Origin: Spirochaetia bacterium
GTDB taxonomy: Bacteria > Spirochaetota > Spirochaetia > SZUA-6 > Bin103
Direction of reading: 5' to 3'
Assembly (NCBI GenBank): GCA_965208575.1
Contig: CBDBOV010000005.1
Span: 1,120,001-1,184,000, forward strand
Length of the DNA stretch: 64,000 nt
The translations under genes were made by a program, and so were the position numbers. This document shows positions 9,391 to 19,644 of the stretch, piece by piece (the first letter of the stretch is position 1; the number at the start of each line of letters is the position of its first letter). Under the pieces are notes generated by a model, which had not been told where the DNA came from, searched no databases, and saw nothing but the letters and a program-made list of their open reading frames with translations.

Positions 9391-9974
9391 TCGCTATGCT
9401 CGTCGCCCAGTTCGAGAAAGTCGAAGGTGTACTCGTCGCGGACCGCCAGGTGCGCCTGGGCGCGCAGTTCCGGTGTGACCGTCCGATCGAAGTTGGTCTG
9501 GCCCAGCAGGTACTTCCGGTAGCTCTGGTTCTCGATCTGGTGCATGAGAACGTTTTTGGTCCAGCCGAACTTGCGCGTCATGCGGATGTAAAACTCGCGC
9601 TCCAGCGGCTCCTTGCAGCGCCCCATGATCACCAGGTTCTTGCTCCAACTGATTTCTCCAACCAGCAGTTGGAGTTTCGGGTCCTCGTGATACTCCAGGA
9701 AGAACTGCCGCATGTACCAGAGATTCTGAGCGGAATACCCCGGTACGCCGGGAAACTCAGCCTGCAGGTCCTTGGCGAGCTGCTCGACCACCGACTTTCC
9801 CCAGGCTTGAGCCCTTTGCCGCTCCACGATCGTGCGGCCGATGTCCCAGTACAGACCGACCAGTTCCTTGTTCACCGCGTTCAGCGCGGCATACCGGGCC
9901 GCACGGACCCGTTCCTTCACTTCCGCCAGAAGGCTCACATAATCCGCCGGCAGTCGCGACCCGGTCTCACCCAT
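9378..9974 (-). pseudogene. DUF1016/YhcG family gene, truncated before the C-terminal nuclease domain
   Basis: VNKELV.LYW.IG, WGKSVVEQLAKDL, NLWYMRQF and D.Y.FDFL; stops just after HSE. Confidence 0.85.
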
Positions 9975-10146
9975 GGCTGCCCGCCAGTGCCCAAGGGTAG
10001 TTGATGACAGGGCGAAAGACAGGTTCTTGGCGATCGTGCCGTGTAGAACTACTGGACGGAGCACCTGACGCTGTTGTCTGAGTGTACAGGCCCCGGGTCG
10101 GAAACGCGATCACCATCACACGCCGCCTATCACGATCTCACCCAGC

Positions 10147-11070
10147 CTAACCCTTGACGGCGCCGACGGTGAAGCCCTGGATGAGGCGGTCGAGGAACAG
10201 GTTGTATACCAGGCCGACCGGGATGGCGATGATCAGGGCGGAGGCGAGCAGCGGCTGCCAGAAGAACACGTCGCCGAGGATCAGCTCGGAGGGCACGCCG
10301 ACGCTCAGCGTGCGCCACTCGGAGCGGGTGATGAACACGAGGGCGTAGATGAACTCGTGCAGGGTGAGGGTGAAGCTGAACACGACCACGGAGATGATGC
10401 CGGGGCGGGCGAGTGGCAGCGCCACGCGCAGGAACGCGCCGTAGGGGTGGTAGCCGTCGCACAGCGCCGCCTCCTCGGTCTCCGGCGGGATCGACTTGAA
10501 GAAGCCCATCAGCAGCCAGGCGCTGAACGGCACCGTGATGGTGGGGTAGACCACGATCAGCGACAGCAGCGAGTTGCTCAGGCCGAGCGCGACGATGATC
10601 CGGAACAGGGGGATGAACAGCAGCGTCGGCGGCACCAGGTAGACGATGAACATCAGGATGCCTGCGCGTTCGCCCCAGCGTCCGGTGAGGCGCGCCAGCG
10701 AGTACGCCGCCGGCAGCGCCAGCAGCAGCGTGATGACCACCACCGACGCGCCCACCACCATCGAGTTGCGCACGAAGACCACGTAGTTGGTGTCGTTGAA
10801 CAGGTTGTCCAGGTGCTCCAGGGTGGGCGCCTCGGCGTAGTCGAACGGACTCGCGTCGCGCCGGTACAGGTCCTTGTCGGTCTGGAAGGTGGTGATGCCC
10901 ATCACCAGGAACGGCGCCGCGGCAACGAGGCAGAACAGCAGCACGGCCACGGTGTACAGCGTGCCCTTGACGACGCGCCGCGGACTGACGCGTGCGAACG
11001 AACCGGGGGCACGCGCCGGCGGCGCCGCCGCCCGGTCCGCGTGCGCACCCGGCGTCACGGAGGCCGCCAT
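10147..11070 (-). CDS. Carbohydrate ABC transporter permease (MalG-like)
   Basis: EAA motif EEAALCDG; six TM segments. Confidence 0.93.
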   Translation of the reverse strand: MAASVTPGAHADRAAAPPARAPGSFARVSPRRVVKGTLYTVAVLLFCLVAAAPFLVMGITTFQTDKDLYRRDASPFDYAEAPTLEHLDNLFNDTNYVVFVRNSMVVGASVVVITLLLALPAAYSLARLTGRWGERAGILMFIVYLVPPTLLFIPLFRIIVALGLSNSLLSLIVVYPTITVPFSAWLLMGFFKSIPPETEEAALCDGYHPYGAFLRVALPLARPGIISVVVFSFTLTLHEFIYALVFITRSEWRTLSVGVPSELILGDVFFWQPLLASALIIAIPVGLVYNLFLDRLIQGFTVGAVKG

Positions 11071-12083
11071 CAGCGCACCTGCGCCCGGCTGGCGCCGCGC
11101 AGCATCACGATCGCCACCGCCAGCAGCACCGGAAAGATGAACAGCGCGATCGCCGCCCCCTGCGACAGGTTGCCGCCGTCGATGCCGACCAGGAAGCTGT
11201 ACATCGGCAACGTCAGCGTGTGGTTGATCGGCCCGCCGCGGGTCAGTACGTACACCACGGTCAGGTCGCCGAACGTGAAGATGAACGAGAACAGCAGCGA
11301 GTTGAGCATGATCGGCAGGATCAGCGGAAGCTTGACCTGGAACAGGGCGCGGAAGTAGCGCGCGCCGTCCGCCTTGGCCTGGTCGGACAGGTCGGTGGGG
11401 ATGCTCGACAGGCCGGCCATCAGGATCACCGTCGCCAGCGGCGTCATGCGCCACACGTGCACGAAGATGATCGACGCCTTGGCCAGGTAGGTCTTGCCCA
11501 GCCAGGTGAGGTTGCGGGAGGGCCCCCAGACGGTGCCCGGGCCGAGCAGGCCGATCTGCTCCAGCAGGTAGTCGATCGGGCTGTACTTGGAGTCGAACAT
11601 CCACAGCCAGCCGATCACGGACAGCGCCAGCGGCGTGGCCCACGGCATGATCAGCAGCAGGCGCGCGCCCCACATGCCGCCGCGCACCAGGCGGTTCTGC
11701 GGCAGCGGCGCGGTGAGAATCAGCGCCAGCATGTTGGCCAGGATCAGCACGAACACCTGGGCGACGATCGTGAACACGAAGGTGTTGCGCAGCGCGGCGT
11801 GGAAGTCGGGTGCGCTCAGCACGGTCTCGAAGTTGCGCAGGCCGGCGAATCGGAAGTCTGTGTTGCCGACCGTGGCGTCGCTCAGGCTGTAGGCGAACGC
11901 GGTGACGAACGGCACCCCGATCAGCAGCACGATGTACACCACCGCCGGCGCCAGGAACGCGAACCCCATCAGGCGCCGGTTGTCCAGCAGCCCGCCGGTC
12001 GCCGCCGCCACCGCCGCGTTGCCCGATGCGGGGGAGCCGTGCGGTCGCCGCTCCCCGTGTCTGTCCGTTGTGTTGCCGGTCAC
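11070..12083 (-). CDS. Carbohydrate ABC transporter permease (MalF-like)
   Basis: F.GL.NF, AGLSSIP.DL..QA.ADGA and LT.GGP. Confidence 0.93.
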   Translation of the reverse strand: MTGNTTDRHGERRPHGSPASGNAAVAAATGGLLDNRRLMGFAFLAPAVVYIVLLIGVPFVTAFAYSLSDATVGNTDFRFAGLRNFETVLSAPDFHAALRNTFVFTIVAQVFVLILANMLALILTAPLPQNRLVRGGMWGARLLLIMPWATPLALSVIGWLWMFDSKYSPIDYLLEQIGLLGPGTVWGPSRNLTWLGKTYLAKASIIFVHVWRMTPLATVILMAGLSSIPTDLSDQAKADGARYFRALFQVKLPLILPIMLNSLLFSFIFTFGDLTVVYVLTRGGPINHTLTLPMYSFLVGIDGGNLSQGAAIALFIFPVLLAVAIVMLRGASRAQVR

Positions 12084-12354
12084 GGCGCGGCGGTCCTGGG
12101 CGCGCCCTGTTCGGCGCCGCTGTCATTGCCCGACCGGGGCACGCCAGTCGTCGGGTCGCCGCAAAATTCGCAGCAGTCGGTTGGGGGGACGGCGCTGGAA
12201 CGACTGTGTCGCTGCCCGCCTCGGTCAGGCGGCTCTCGGGCCGCTGTCGACGCCGAGCCGAACGGGGCGGTTCGTGCCGCGGCGGCTGGGGGCACCGCTT
12301 GGATGGAGGGCACTGGTCGGCGGCCGTTCCGGATCTCGGTTCCGAGCGGACCGA

Positions 12355-13425
12355 TCATCGGTGCGCCCTCCCGCGGCGGACGCGGCCTGCGCCGTCCTCC
12401 GCGAGCCGAGTGCCGCTACGGCGGTCGAAGCGGTGCGCACGGGTAACCGCGAACGGGTAGGTGCGGCCGACCTCCAGCGCGATGGTGACATTGCTTGGCA
12501 GCCGCGCGAGGGTCAGGTGCGGGTTGCCCTGAGAGTCGTCGACGTGGCCGTACAGCAGCCGGTCGGCGCCCAGGTACTCCTGGCGCGTGACCTGGTAGTC
12601 GAAGCGCCACGTCGAGCCGGCGGGGGCCGCGCCGTCCTCCGCCGGCTGCAGGTGCTCGGGACGGAAGCCGAGCAGCTCGTCCTCGGCCACCGGCAGCAGG
12701 TTCATGCCCGGTGAGCCCAGGAAGGTGGCGACGAAGGTATTGGCCGGCTGGTCGTAGATTGCCTGCGGCGGTCCCACCTGCTGCACCAGGCCGTGCTCCA
12801 TCACCACGATGCGGTCGCCGAGGCCCATCGCCTCGATCTGGTCGTGGGTCACGAAGATGGTGGTGATGCCGAGCTCGCGCTGAAAGAATTTCAACTCGTC
12901 GCGGGCGTAGGCGCGCAGCTTGGCATCCAGGTTGCTGAGCGGCTCGTCGAGCAGCAGCACCTCCGGCTCGGTGACGATGGCGCGCGCGATCGCCACGCGC
13001 TGCCGTTCGCCGCCGGAGAGCTGGCGCGGGCGCCGGTCGAGGAGGTGGTCGATGCTCACCTTGCGCGCCGCCTGCAGCACCCGCTCGGCGCGCTCGTTGC
13101 GGTCCGGGCAGCGCCCCTGCGCCTTGAGCGGAAAGGCGATGTTGCCTGCCACCGTCATGTGCGGGTACAGCGCGTAGGACTGGAACACCATCGCGATGCC
13201 GCGCTTGCGCGGCGGCAGGGCGGTGACGTCGCGCTCACCGATGTGCACCCGCCCCGCGGACGGCGTCTCCAGGCCCGCCACGGTGCGCATCAGGGTGGTC
13301 TTGCCGCACCCGGACGGCCCGAGCACCACCAGGAATTCTCCCGACTCGACCTCCAGGTCCACCCCGGCCACGGCCACGACGTCGCCGAACCGCTTCACGA
13401 CCCCGGCCAAGCGAACCGCGCTCAT
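12355..13425 (-). CDS. Sugar ABC transporter ATP-binding protein (MalK-like)
   Basis: [27 protein letters not shown] and DEPLSNLD. Confidence 0.96.
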   Translation of the reverse strand: MSAVRLAGVVKRFGDVVAVAGVDLEVESGEFLVVLGPSGCGKTTLMRTVAGLETPSAGRVHIGERDVTALPPRKRGIAMVFQSYALYPHMTVAGNIAFPLKAQGRCPDRNERAERVLQAARKVSIDHLLDRRPRQLSGGERQRVAIARAIVTEPEVLLLDEPLSNLDAKLRAYARDELKFFQRELGITTIFVTHDQIEAMGLGDRIVVMEHGLVQQVGPPQAIYDQPANTFVATFLGSPGMNLLPVAEDELLGFRPEHLQPAEDGAAPAGSTWRFDYQVTRQEYLGADRLLYGHVDDSQGNPHLTLARLPSNVTIALEVGRTYPFAVTRAHRFDRRSGTRLAEDGAGRVRRGRAHR

Positions 13426-13502
13426 ACGTGTTCCTCAGTACATCGTCCGGCACTCGCCAGAGTCATCGGCGGCTTTGCGACCTGGTCAGGCGCCAGCACG
13501 GA

Positions 13503-14105
13503 TCATGACAGGCTTCGCAACCGACTCAGGAGTTCCTTGGCGTGTGGACATGCAGCCTCCACGCAACTGGAGTTGAGCTTCGCCAAGAGGTCGAACGACA
13601 CTTTCCCTTTGTCGTAAGGAGGCGAACACCGAGCGGTCGCCGCTTGAAGCGCAGAGAGAACAGTCGTTTTCGGCACCTCCTCAAGCACGGGCCATGCTTT
13701 GAAGTGGCTCTCAACGAACTCGCGACCGAAGTATCCCCTCAACAGTTCGCGATCCGCGAGAAACCACGTCTCCATTGCCACCACCATGAGAAACGCTTGA
13801 TCGTCGCCTGCGCCGTCCGGTCGTGTCCAGCAATCACGGCTCTGCAGATGCTGCCATACGGTCGCCCCTTCCCTTACCCTGTCTTCGCTGTCTACGAGCA
13901 GGACTGGAAGCTTCCGAGCATGCGGGTTGCGAACTGCATGGGCGAACTTCTCGTACGTCTGGTCGCGGCCACCGCCACGCACAATGGCAGGCATGCGGCC
14001 GGACAGACCTGCCGATCTGAAGAATTCGCTCCAGGCTTTGCGGAATCTCTGCTCGTGCAGCTGCCCGTCGCCGCCACCCTCGATGAAGATCTGTGCGCTC
14101 ACCAT
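13503..14105 (-). CDS. DUF4276 family (TOPRIM-like) protein
   Basis: IFIEGG, LLVDSE, METWFLAD and Y.KGK.S; overlaps the ATPase stop; appears lower in GC. Confidence 0.75.
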   Translation of the reverse strand: MVSAQIFIEGGGDGQLHEQRFRKAWSEFFRSAGLSGRMPAIVRGGGRDQTYEKFAHAVRNPHARKLPVLLVDSEDRVREGATVWQHLQSRDCWTRPDGAGDDQAFLMVVAMETWFLADRELLRGYFGREFVESHFKAWPVLEEVPKTTVLSALQAATARCSPPYDKGKVSFDLLAKLNSSCVEAACPHAKELLSRLRSLS

Positions 14106-15289
14106 CGGTTACCTCCGATGTCCCCGCTACTCCAGAGATCTCCCAGCGTTGCCGACGCGCCGAATTGCTCCAACCACTGCTTCAGGTGCGCTTCGTCCAA
14201 ACGCGTAAACTGCGATTCGCCATTCTCCCTGGCGCATACCACCACGGTCGAAGGGTGCTCGGTGAGCGCGTCCACCAGCATCCGAGAATGGGTCGTCACC
14301 ACGAGCTGCATGCGTCCGGACGCCTCGATCAAGAGTTCGGCAATCTCCGGGATCAGGTCCGGATGAAGCCCAAGCTCCGGTTCCTCGATCGCAACCAGCG
14401 GCGGAGGATCGGGATGCAACAGGATGGACAGGAGCGTCAGATAGCGCAGAGTACCGTCGGAAAGACGGGCCATGGTGATCAGACGCCCGCCGCTCTCCTT
14501 CAGAAAGAGCAGGAGGTTGCCGTCCCGAATCGTTGCGTAGATACCATCTACGTCTTCGTACAATTGGCGCAGCGCATCGACGAAGCGATTCTCGATGCGC
14601 GGCAGAATGTTGGACAGCACAAGAATCAGGTTGTTGGCGCCGTCGTCGAGGATGTCGTTTCTGCCGTGACTGCTCTGCATGCGCCGCAGTGGCGTAGACG
14701 GACCGAATGTCCAGTCTCGGTACAGGCGGATTCGTTCGTATTGTTCCTGGAGCCAGCCGAGAACCGGATACCGCTCCGGATCCTTCACCTGGGACAGAAT
14801 CGACTTCTCCGGCTTCACGCTCTCCCGTCGAAGCCCTCGAACTCCCGAGTCAACGATGACCGGCTCTCCGCGCTGATAGCGATAGAAGAAGAACGTGTCC
14901 TGAGAGCCTGGCCGCGGACGTTCGTGTTCGATTCGTTCGTCTGCGATCTCAAAACGTTCGCCATGCCGAGTAATCTCCAGGACGTGGCGTAGCGGCATCC
15001 GGGCGTGCGACGGAGACTCGATGACCGCGTCGACGGTCGCTACGCTCACCGCATTGGTCAGGGTGGGAACCGTCGGCGCTTTCCAGAGCCACTCCTGCAC
15101 GCCGCCCATCGCCTTGATCGGTGCCGGAAGATCATGCGGCGACGCGCGCAATAGCGCCAGCACCTCGAGCAGATTCGACTTCCCCGAACCGTTCGGACCA
15201 ATCAGGACGTTCAGCGGCTGCAGCGGCAGGTCGATCCCACCCGGCCCGAACGACAACAGGCCGGCTACCCTAAGCCGATGTATCAACAT
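14099..15289 (-). CDS. ABC/AAA_21-type ATPase (defence-associated family)
   Basis: LIGPNGSGKSN, LSDGT, IEEPELGLHP and TTHS. Confidence 0.9.
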   Translation of the reverse strand: MLIHRLRVAGLLSFGPGGIDLPLQPLNVLIGPNGSGKSNLLEVLALLRASPHDLPAPIKAMGGVQEWLWKAPTVPTLTNAVSVATVDAVIESPSHARMPLRHVLEITRHGERFEIADERIEHERPRPGSQDTFFFYRYQRGEPVIVDSGVRGLRRESVKPEKSILSQVKDPERYPVLGWLQEQYERIRLYRDWTFGPSTPLRRMQSSHGRNDILDDGANNLILVLSNILPRIENRFVDALRQLYEDVDGIYATIRDGNLLLFLKESGGRLITMARLSDGTLRYLTLLSILLHPDPPPLVAIEEPELGLHPDLIPEIAELLIEASGRMQLVVTTHSRMLVDALTEHPSTVVVCARENGESQFTRLDEAHLKQWLEQFGASATLGDLWSSGDIGGNRW

Positions 15290-15323
15290 GCCGCGCGGGA
15301 ACTCCTCTCTACGGGAGGACTGG

Positions 15324-16634
15324 TCAGCGCAGGTAGCCGCGGGCGCGCCAGTCGGCGAAGATCTCCTCGGCGCGCGCGTGCGCCTCGGCCACCGACTCTT
15401 CGGCGCTCTGCTCGCCCTTGGCCACGCGGGCCACCATGTTGACCACCAGGTTCTCGCCGAACGCCTGCATCACGGCCGGGTTGGCGGTGCCGGGGTAGCC
15501 GATGTACACCGACCACTCGTTCACCGTTTCCAGCACCTTGAGCTTGTCCGCCGGCTGCGAGCCGAACGGGTCGTTCGCCACCCAGCCGGACAACTCCGGC
15601 ACCGTGCTCGGGTAGCACGGGAAGTTGTACAACTCGGAGTGGTACACCGCATCGCTGTACGCCGCAGTGTGGTCGAGGATGAACTTCTTGGCCGCCTCCA
15701 GCTCGGCGCCCTGCACGTACGTGGGAATGACGTAGATCTGCCACACGTGACTGGATGCGAAGGCGCCGGCCGGGCCCGCGAGGGCCGGTACGAAGCCGAT
15801 GTCGGCGGCGGCTTCCTCGTCGATCTTCTGCAGCGAACGGTAGGCGGAGATCGAGTTGAGAATGTAGCTCAGCTCGCCGGCGATCAGCCCCTGGTTGTTG
15901 GAGGAGGCGGTCCAGCCGAACACTTCGTCGGTCATGGTGTCGTTCTGCAGCCTGGCGTAGTACTTGACCGCGGCGATGGTCTCCGGGGAGTTCAGCACCA
16001 CGTTCTCGTCCGCGTCCTGCACGCTGCCGCCGTGCGACCAGATCACGGCGCGCGTGGCCATGCGGCTGTCCAACTCGGGGCTCAAGCCGATGCCGACCGG
16101 GACGCCATGCTTCTCGTAGACGGCGAGGCCGCCCTCGTACAACTCGTCCCAGGTGGAAGGCCCGTCCGGCATGCCCACGTCCGCCCACAGGCTGATCTGG
16201 TAGTCGCCCGGATCGGGGATGTAGCCGTGGGTAAAGCCGACGTAGGTGTCGTTGATCGGCAGGTAGCTGGTCGCCTGACAGTTGGCCGTGCGCTCGCCGT
16301 GCGCGGCGGCCGCCGCCTCGTTGACGTCGTTGAGCGGATGCAGCCCTTCGATGAATGCGGTGGGCGGGAATACCATCTCGATGATGCTGTGCCCTTCACC
16401 CGCCTCGATGGCGGCGGTCAGCGCCGCCGGCAACTCCGCCACGTTGACGTGGTCGACGCGTACCTTGAGCCCGTTCGCCTTGCCCCAATCCTCGGCCCAG
16501 GCGTCGAACCACTTGTCGTAGCGCGGTACGAAGTGGCTCCACTGCAGGAGCGAAAGCTCCTGCGCCAGTGCCAGCGGTGCGCTGCCGGCCATCAGCAGCG
16601 CCACCGCCAACCGAAACACACGTGAAAGACCCAT
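15324..16634 (-). CDS. Extracellular solute-binding protein of the carbohydrate ABC transporter
   Basis: Signal peptide; WSHFVP.YD.WF and P.TWDEL; same strand as the transporter genes. Confidence 0.9.
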   Translation of the reverse strand: MGLSRVFRLAVALLMAGSAPLALAQELSLLQWSHFVPRYDKWFDAWAEDWGKANGLKVRVDHVNVAELPAALTAAIEAGEGHSIIEMVFPPTAFIEGLHPLNDVNEAAAAAHGERTANCQATSYLPINDTYVGFTHGYIPDPGDYQISLWADVGMPDGPSTWDELYEGGLAVYEKHGVPVGIGLSPELDSRMATRAVIWSHGGSVQDADENVVLNSPETIAAVKYYARLQNDTMTDEVFGWTASSNNQGLIAGELSYILNSISAYRSLQKIDEEAAADIGFVPALAGPAGAFASSHVWQIYVIPTYVQGAELEAAKKFILDHTAAYSDAVYHSELYNFPCYPSTVPELSGWVANDPFGSQPADKLKVLETVNEWSVYIGYPGTANPAVMQAFGENLVVNMVARVAKGEQSAEESVAEAHARAEEIFADWRARGYLR

Positions 16635-16727
16635 TTGGCCCTCCTTCAGGAAGTTATTCGGTTACTCTATCTCATAGCGATACGGCTGCCAAACACCGTG
16701 AGGGGCAACCGGGGCAACCGTGCAGCC

Positions 16728-18470
16728 TCACGCCGGCCGCAGGGTGGCGCCGAACACGGTTACCCCGTCCGGCGTCCCGTCCACCACGCGGATGGCACGC
16801 AGCGTAAAGCGGTGGGTGCCGGGCTCGCCGATCTCGATACGGCCGAGGGTTACCGCGTACTCGGGGAAGTACTGCGAACGCGGCGTGTCGATCGCGGTTG
16901 CGGCGCGCAACGGCCCGCCTGCCGCGCTGCCGGCGGCGGCCACTTCCAGGTGGTGCTCGTTCACCTCGGTGGTGTCGTACTGCGGGGCGGCGGTCACCGT
17001 CACCTCGTAGCTGCCGGGCTCGCACACCTTTACCTGCCACGACAGCTCGCCCTCGGTGTCCATCCAGCCGGCGGTCATGCCGTTGGACAGCACCTCGAGG
17101 GTCGAGTCAGGCCCCTTGGCCACGCTCGCCAGGTGGGCGTGCAGGTGGATGGCGCCGTCCGGCTGCTGCACGGTGAGGGGGTCGGCTTGCGCGTCGCCTG
17201 CGAGGTCGAGCGCAATCACCGGAACCGGCCCGCTGCCGCTCAGGTCGGGCAGCGCGATGCGCAGCCGATCAACTTCGCCGGCGGCGGAGCGACCCTGCTC
17301 GAAACGCACCTCCGCCGCCGACCCCAGCAGCCGTGCGCCGGTGACCCGCGACCGCAGTCCGTGCACGACGAGCTGTTCCGCCGGCCGCAGCAGGTGCAGG
17401 TAGAGGCGGCCCGGCTTGGCCGTCATGCGCAGCCGGTCGTGCTCGTAGGGAAACGGGCTGCCCTGCGTGCCGTAGATCGCCTCGCCGTTCACCTGCAACC
17501 AGGCGCCGATGGCGCGCAGCCGCTCGGCGCTCGGCTGCGGTATCACCCCTTCCGCCGTGGGACCGACGTTGAGCAGGTAGTTTACCCCCTTGCTCGCCAG
17601 GTCGATCAGCAGCAGCAGCAGGGTCTGCACCGACTTCCAGTTGTGGTCGTGCGTCTTGAATCCCCAGGTGTCGTTCAGCGTGGCCGGGGTCTCGTAATCG
17701 GCCTGCACGCGCCCGGCGGGAATCTGGTTGTCGCCCAGGCTGCCGTAGTCGCCCACGTCGTTGCCGATACGCCCGCTCACCAGGCAGTCCGGTTGCAGCC
17801 GGTGCACGAAGTCGCGCAGCTCGATGCTGTGCTCGCGGCTGATCGAGTAGGGGGTATCGAACCAGATCAGCCCCACCGGCCCGTACCCGGTCAGCAGCTC
17901 GCGCAACTGCGGCTTGACCTTGCGTTCCAGGTAGGCGCCGAAGTCCTTCTCCTCCGGAGCGAAGTCCCAGTCGTTGCGGGAGCCGCCGGGGTCGTGCCAG
18001 TCCTGGTCCTGCGAGTAGTAGAAGCCGAGCATAATGCCCGCTTCTCGGCACGCATCGGCCAGCTCGGCCAGCGGGTCGCGCCCGTACGGGGTGGCGTCCA
18101 CAATGTTGTAGGGACAGCACGGCGAGCGGAACAGGGCGAAACCGTCGTGGTGCTTGGCGGTAATCACCAGGTAGCGCATGCCCGCCTGCACGGCGAGGTC
18201 CACCCACTCGCGCGCATTGAACCTGACCGGATTGAACTGCTTCGCCAACGGCTCGTACTCGGCGCGCGGAATGCGCTTTCGGAACATGATCCACTCGCCG
18301 ATGCCGTCCACCGGCTCACCCTTCCAGACGCCCGCCGGAATGGCGTACAGGCCCCAGTGAATGAACATGCCGAAGCGCGCCTCGCGCCACCAGTCCAGGC
18401 CGGGATGATCCACCACGGGCGCGGCATTGCGGCCGCCCATGCGTGCCCGCCAGGTCGTGAACTCTGCCAT
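16728..18470 (-). CDS. Alpha-L-fucosidase (GH29) with C-terminal extension
   Basis: FGMFIHWGLY, TAKHHDGF, IWFD and LLNVGPT. Confidence 0.92.
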   Translation of the reverse strand: MAEFTTWRARMGGRNAAPVVDHPGLDWWREARFGMFIHWGLYAIPAGVWKGEPVDGIGEWIMFRKRIPRAEYEPLAKQFNPVRFNAREWVDLAVQAGMRYLVITAKHHDGFALFRSPCCPYNIVDATPYGRDPLAELADACREAGIMLGFYYSQDQDWHDPGGSRNDWDFAPEEKDFGAYLERKVKPQLRELLTGYGPVGLIWFDTPYSISREHSIELRDFVHRLQPDCLVSGRIGNDVGDYGSLGDNQIPAGRVQADYETPATLNDTWGFKTHDHNWKSVQTLLLLLIDLASKGVNYLLNVGPTAEGVIPQPSAERLRAIGAWLQVNGEAIYGTQGSPFPYEHDRLRMTAKPGRLYLHLLRPAEQLVVHGLRSRVTGARLLGSAAEVRFEQGRSAAGEVDRLRIALPDLSGSGPVPVIALDLAGDAQADPLTVQQPDGAIHLHAHLASVAKGPDSTLEVLSNGMTAGWMDTEGELSWQVKVCEPGSYEVTVTAAPQYDTTEVNEHHLEVAAAGSAAGGPLRAATAIDTPRSQYFPEYAVTLGRIEIGEPGTHRFTLRAIRVVDGTPDGVTVFGATLRPA

Positions 18471-18540
18471 GGCGCGCAGGGTAGCGGAACTCACGCTCAG
18501 GTTCCACTGCCGGCGCGCGTGCGCTATGATGCCGCCCATC

Positions 18541-19644
18541 ATGGCGGATACCCTGGTGCAGACTTCGCAGACGCCTGCGGCGCCCCCGGCCACCACCGGC
18601 TTCATCGACGCGGACTGCCACGCCGCCCCCACGTCGATCGAGGCTCTGTATCCCTACCTGGCGCCGCGCTGGCGCGCGTTCGTGCAGGACACCGGCTACG
18701 CGGAGCCGACGGCGATCCACTACCCGAAGGTGTACGCCAACGCCGCGCGCCGCGACGCCTACCCGCCGGGCGGCGGCAAGCCGGGAACCGACGAGCGGTT
18801 CGCGGCCGGGCAGCTCCTCGACACCTGCGACCTTGCCTACGCAATCATCAATCCCTTGTACGCCCACTCGCTGGTGCGCAACCTGCATCTCGGCAGCGAG
18901 TTCATGCGGGCGGTGAACCGCTGGGTGGCGGCCGAGTGGCTGGACGCCGATCCCCGCTGGCGCGGGTCGATCGTGGTGAACATCGAAGACCCCGATGCCG
19001 CGGCCCAGGAGATCCTCACGGTGGCGCGCGATGGCCGATTCGTGCAGGTGCTGCTGCTGGTGCGTTCGCCGGAGCCCTACGGGCGGCAGCGGTTCCGGCC
19101 CATCTTCCGCGCTGCGACCGAGGCGGGGCTTCCGGTAGGCATCCACTTCGGTGGCGGCGGCGGCCCGATCACCGGCGTTGGCTGGCCCTCCTACTACATC
19201 GAGGACCACACCGGCATGGCGCAGGCGTTCCAGTCGCAGGTGATCAGCCTGGTGTGTGAGGGGGTGCTGGAGGAATTGCCTGGCTGCCGCATCGCCCTGA
19301 TCGAGGGCGGCTTTGCCTGGCTGCCGCCGCTGATGTGGCGCCTCGACAAGAATTACCGCGGGTTGCGCCAGGAGGTGCCGTGGCTCACCCGGCTGCCGAG
19401 CGAGTACATTCGCGAGCAGTTTCGCGCCACCACCCAGCCGATGGAGGAGCCGGACGATCCGCGCCACCTCCTGCAGGTCATCGACATGATCGGCAACGAC
19501 GAGTTCCTGATGTTCGCCACCGACTATCCGCACTGGGACTTCGATGCGCCCGACCGGGCCATTCGTCCGCTCGAACGCACCGGGCTGCATGCCGGCGTGG
19601 CCAGCGGGAACGCGCGTCGATTCTACGACTTCGAGCGTGCCTGA
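18541..19644 (+). CDS. Amidohydrolase family 2 protein
   Basis: IDADCH, GIH, IEGG..W and MFATDYPHWD. Confidence 0.9.
   Translation: MADTLVQTSQTPAAPPATTGFIDADCHAAPTSIEALYPYLAPRWRAFVQDTGYAEPTAIHYPKVYANAARRDAYPPGGGKPGTDERFAAGQLLDTCDLAYAIINPLYAHSLVRNLHLGSEFMRAVNRWVAAEWLDADPRWRGSIVVNIEDPDAAAQEILTVARDGRFVQVLLLVRSPEPYGRQRFRPIFRAATEAGLPVGIHFGGGGGPITGVGWPSYYIEDHTGMAQAFQSQVISLVCEGVLEELPGCRIALIEGGFAWLPPLMWRLDKNYRGLRQEVPWLTRLPSEYIREQFRATTQPMEEPDDPRHLLQVIDMIGNDEFLMFATDYPHWDFDAPDRAIRPLERTGLHAGVASGNARRFYDFERA

Noticed and set aside
10147-12126. 659-aa apparent fused permease
   Set aside because: Only the part from ATG 11070 is permease-like; the rest overlaps the neighbouring permease in another frame
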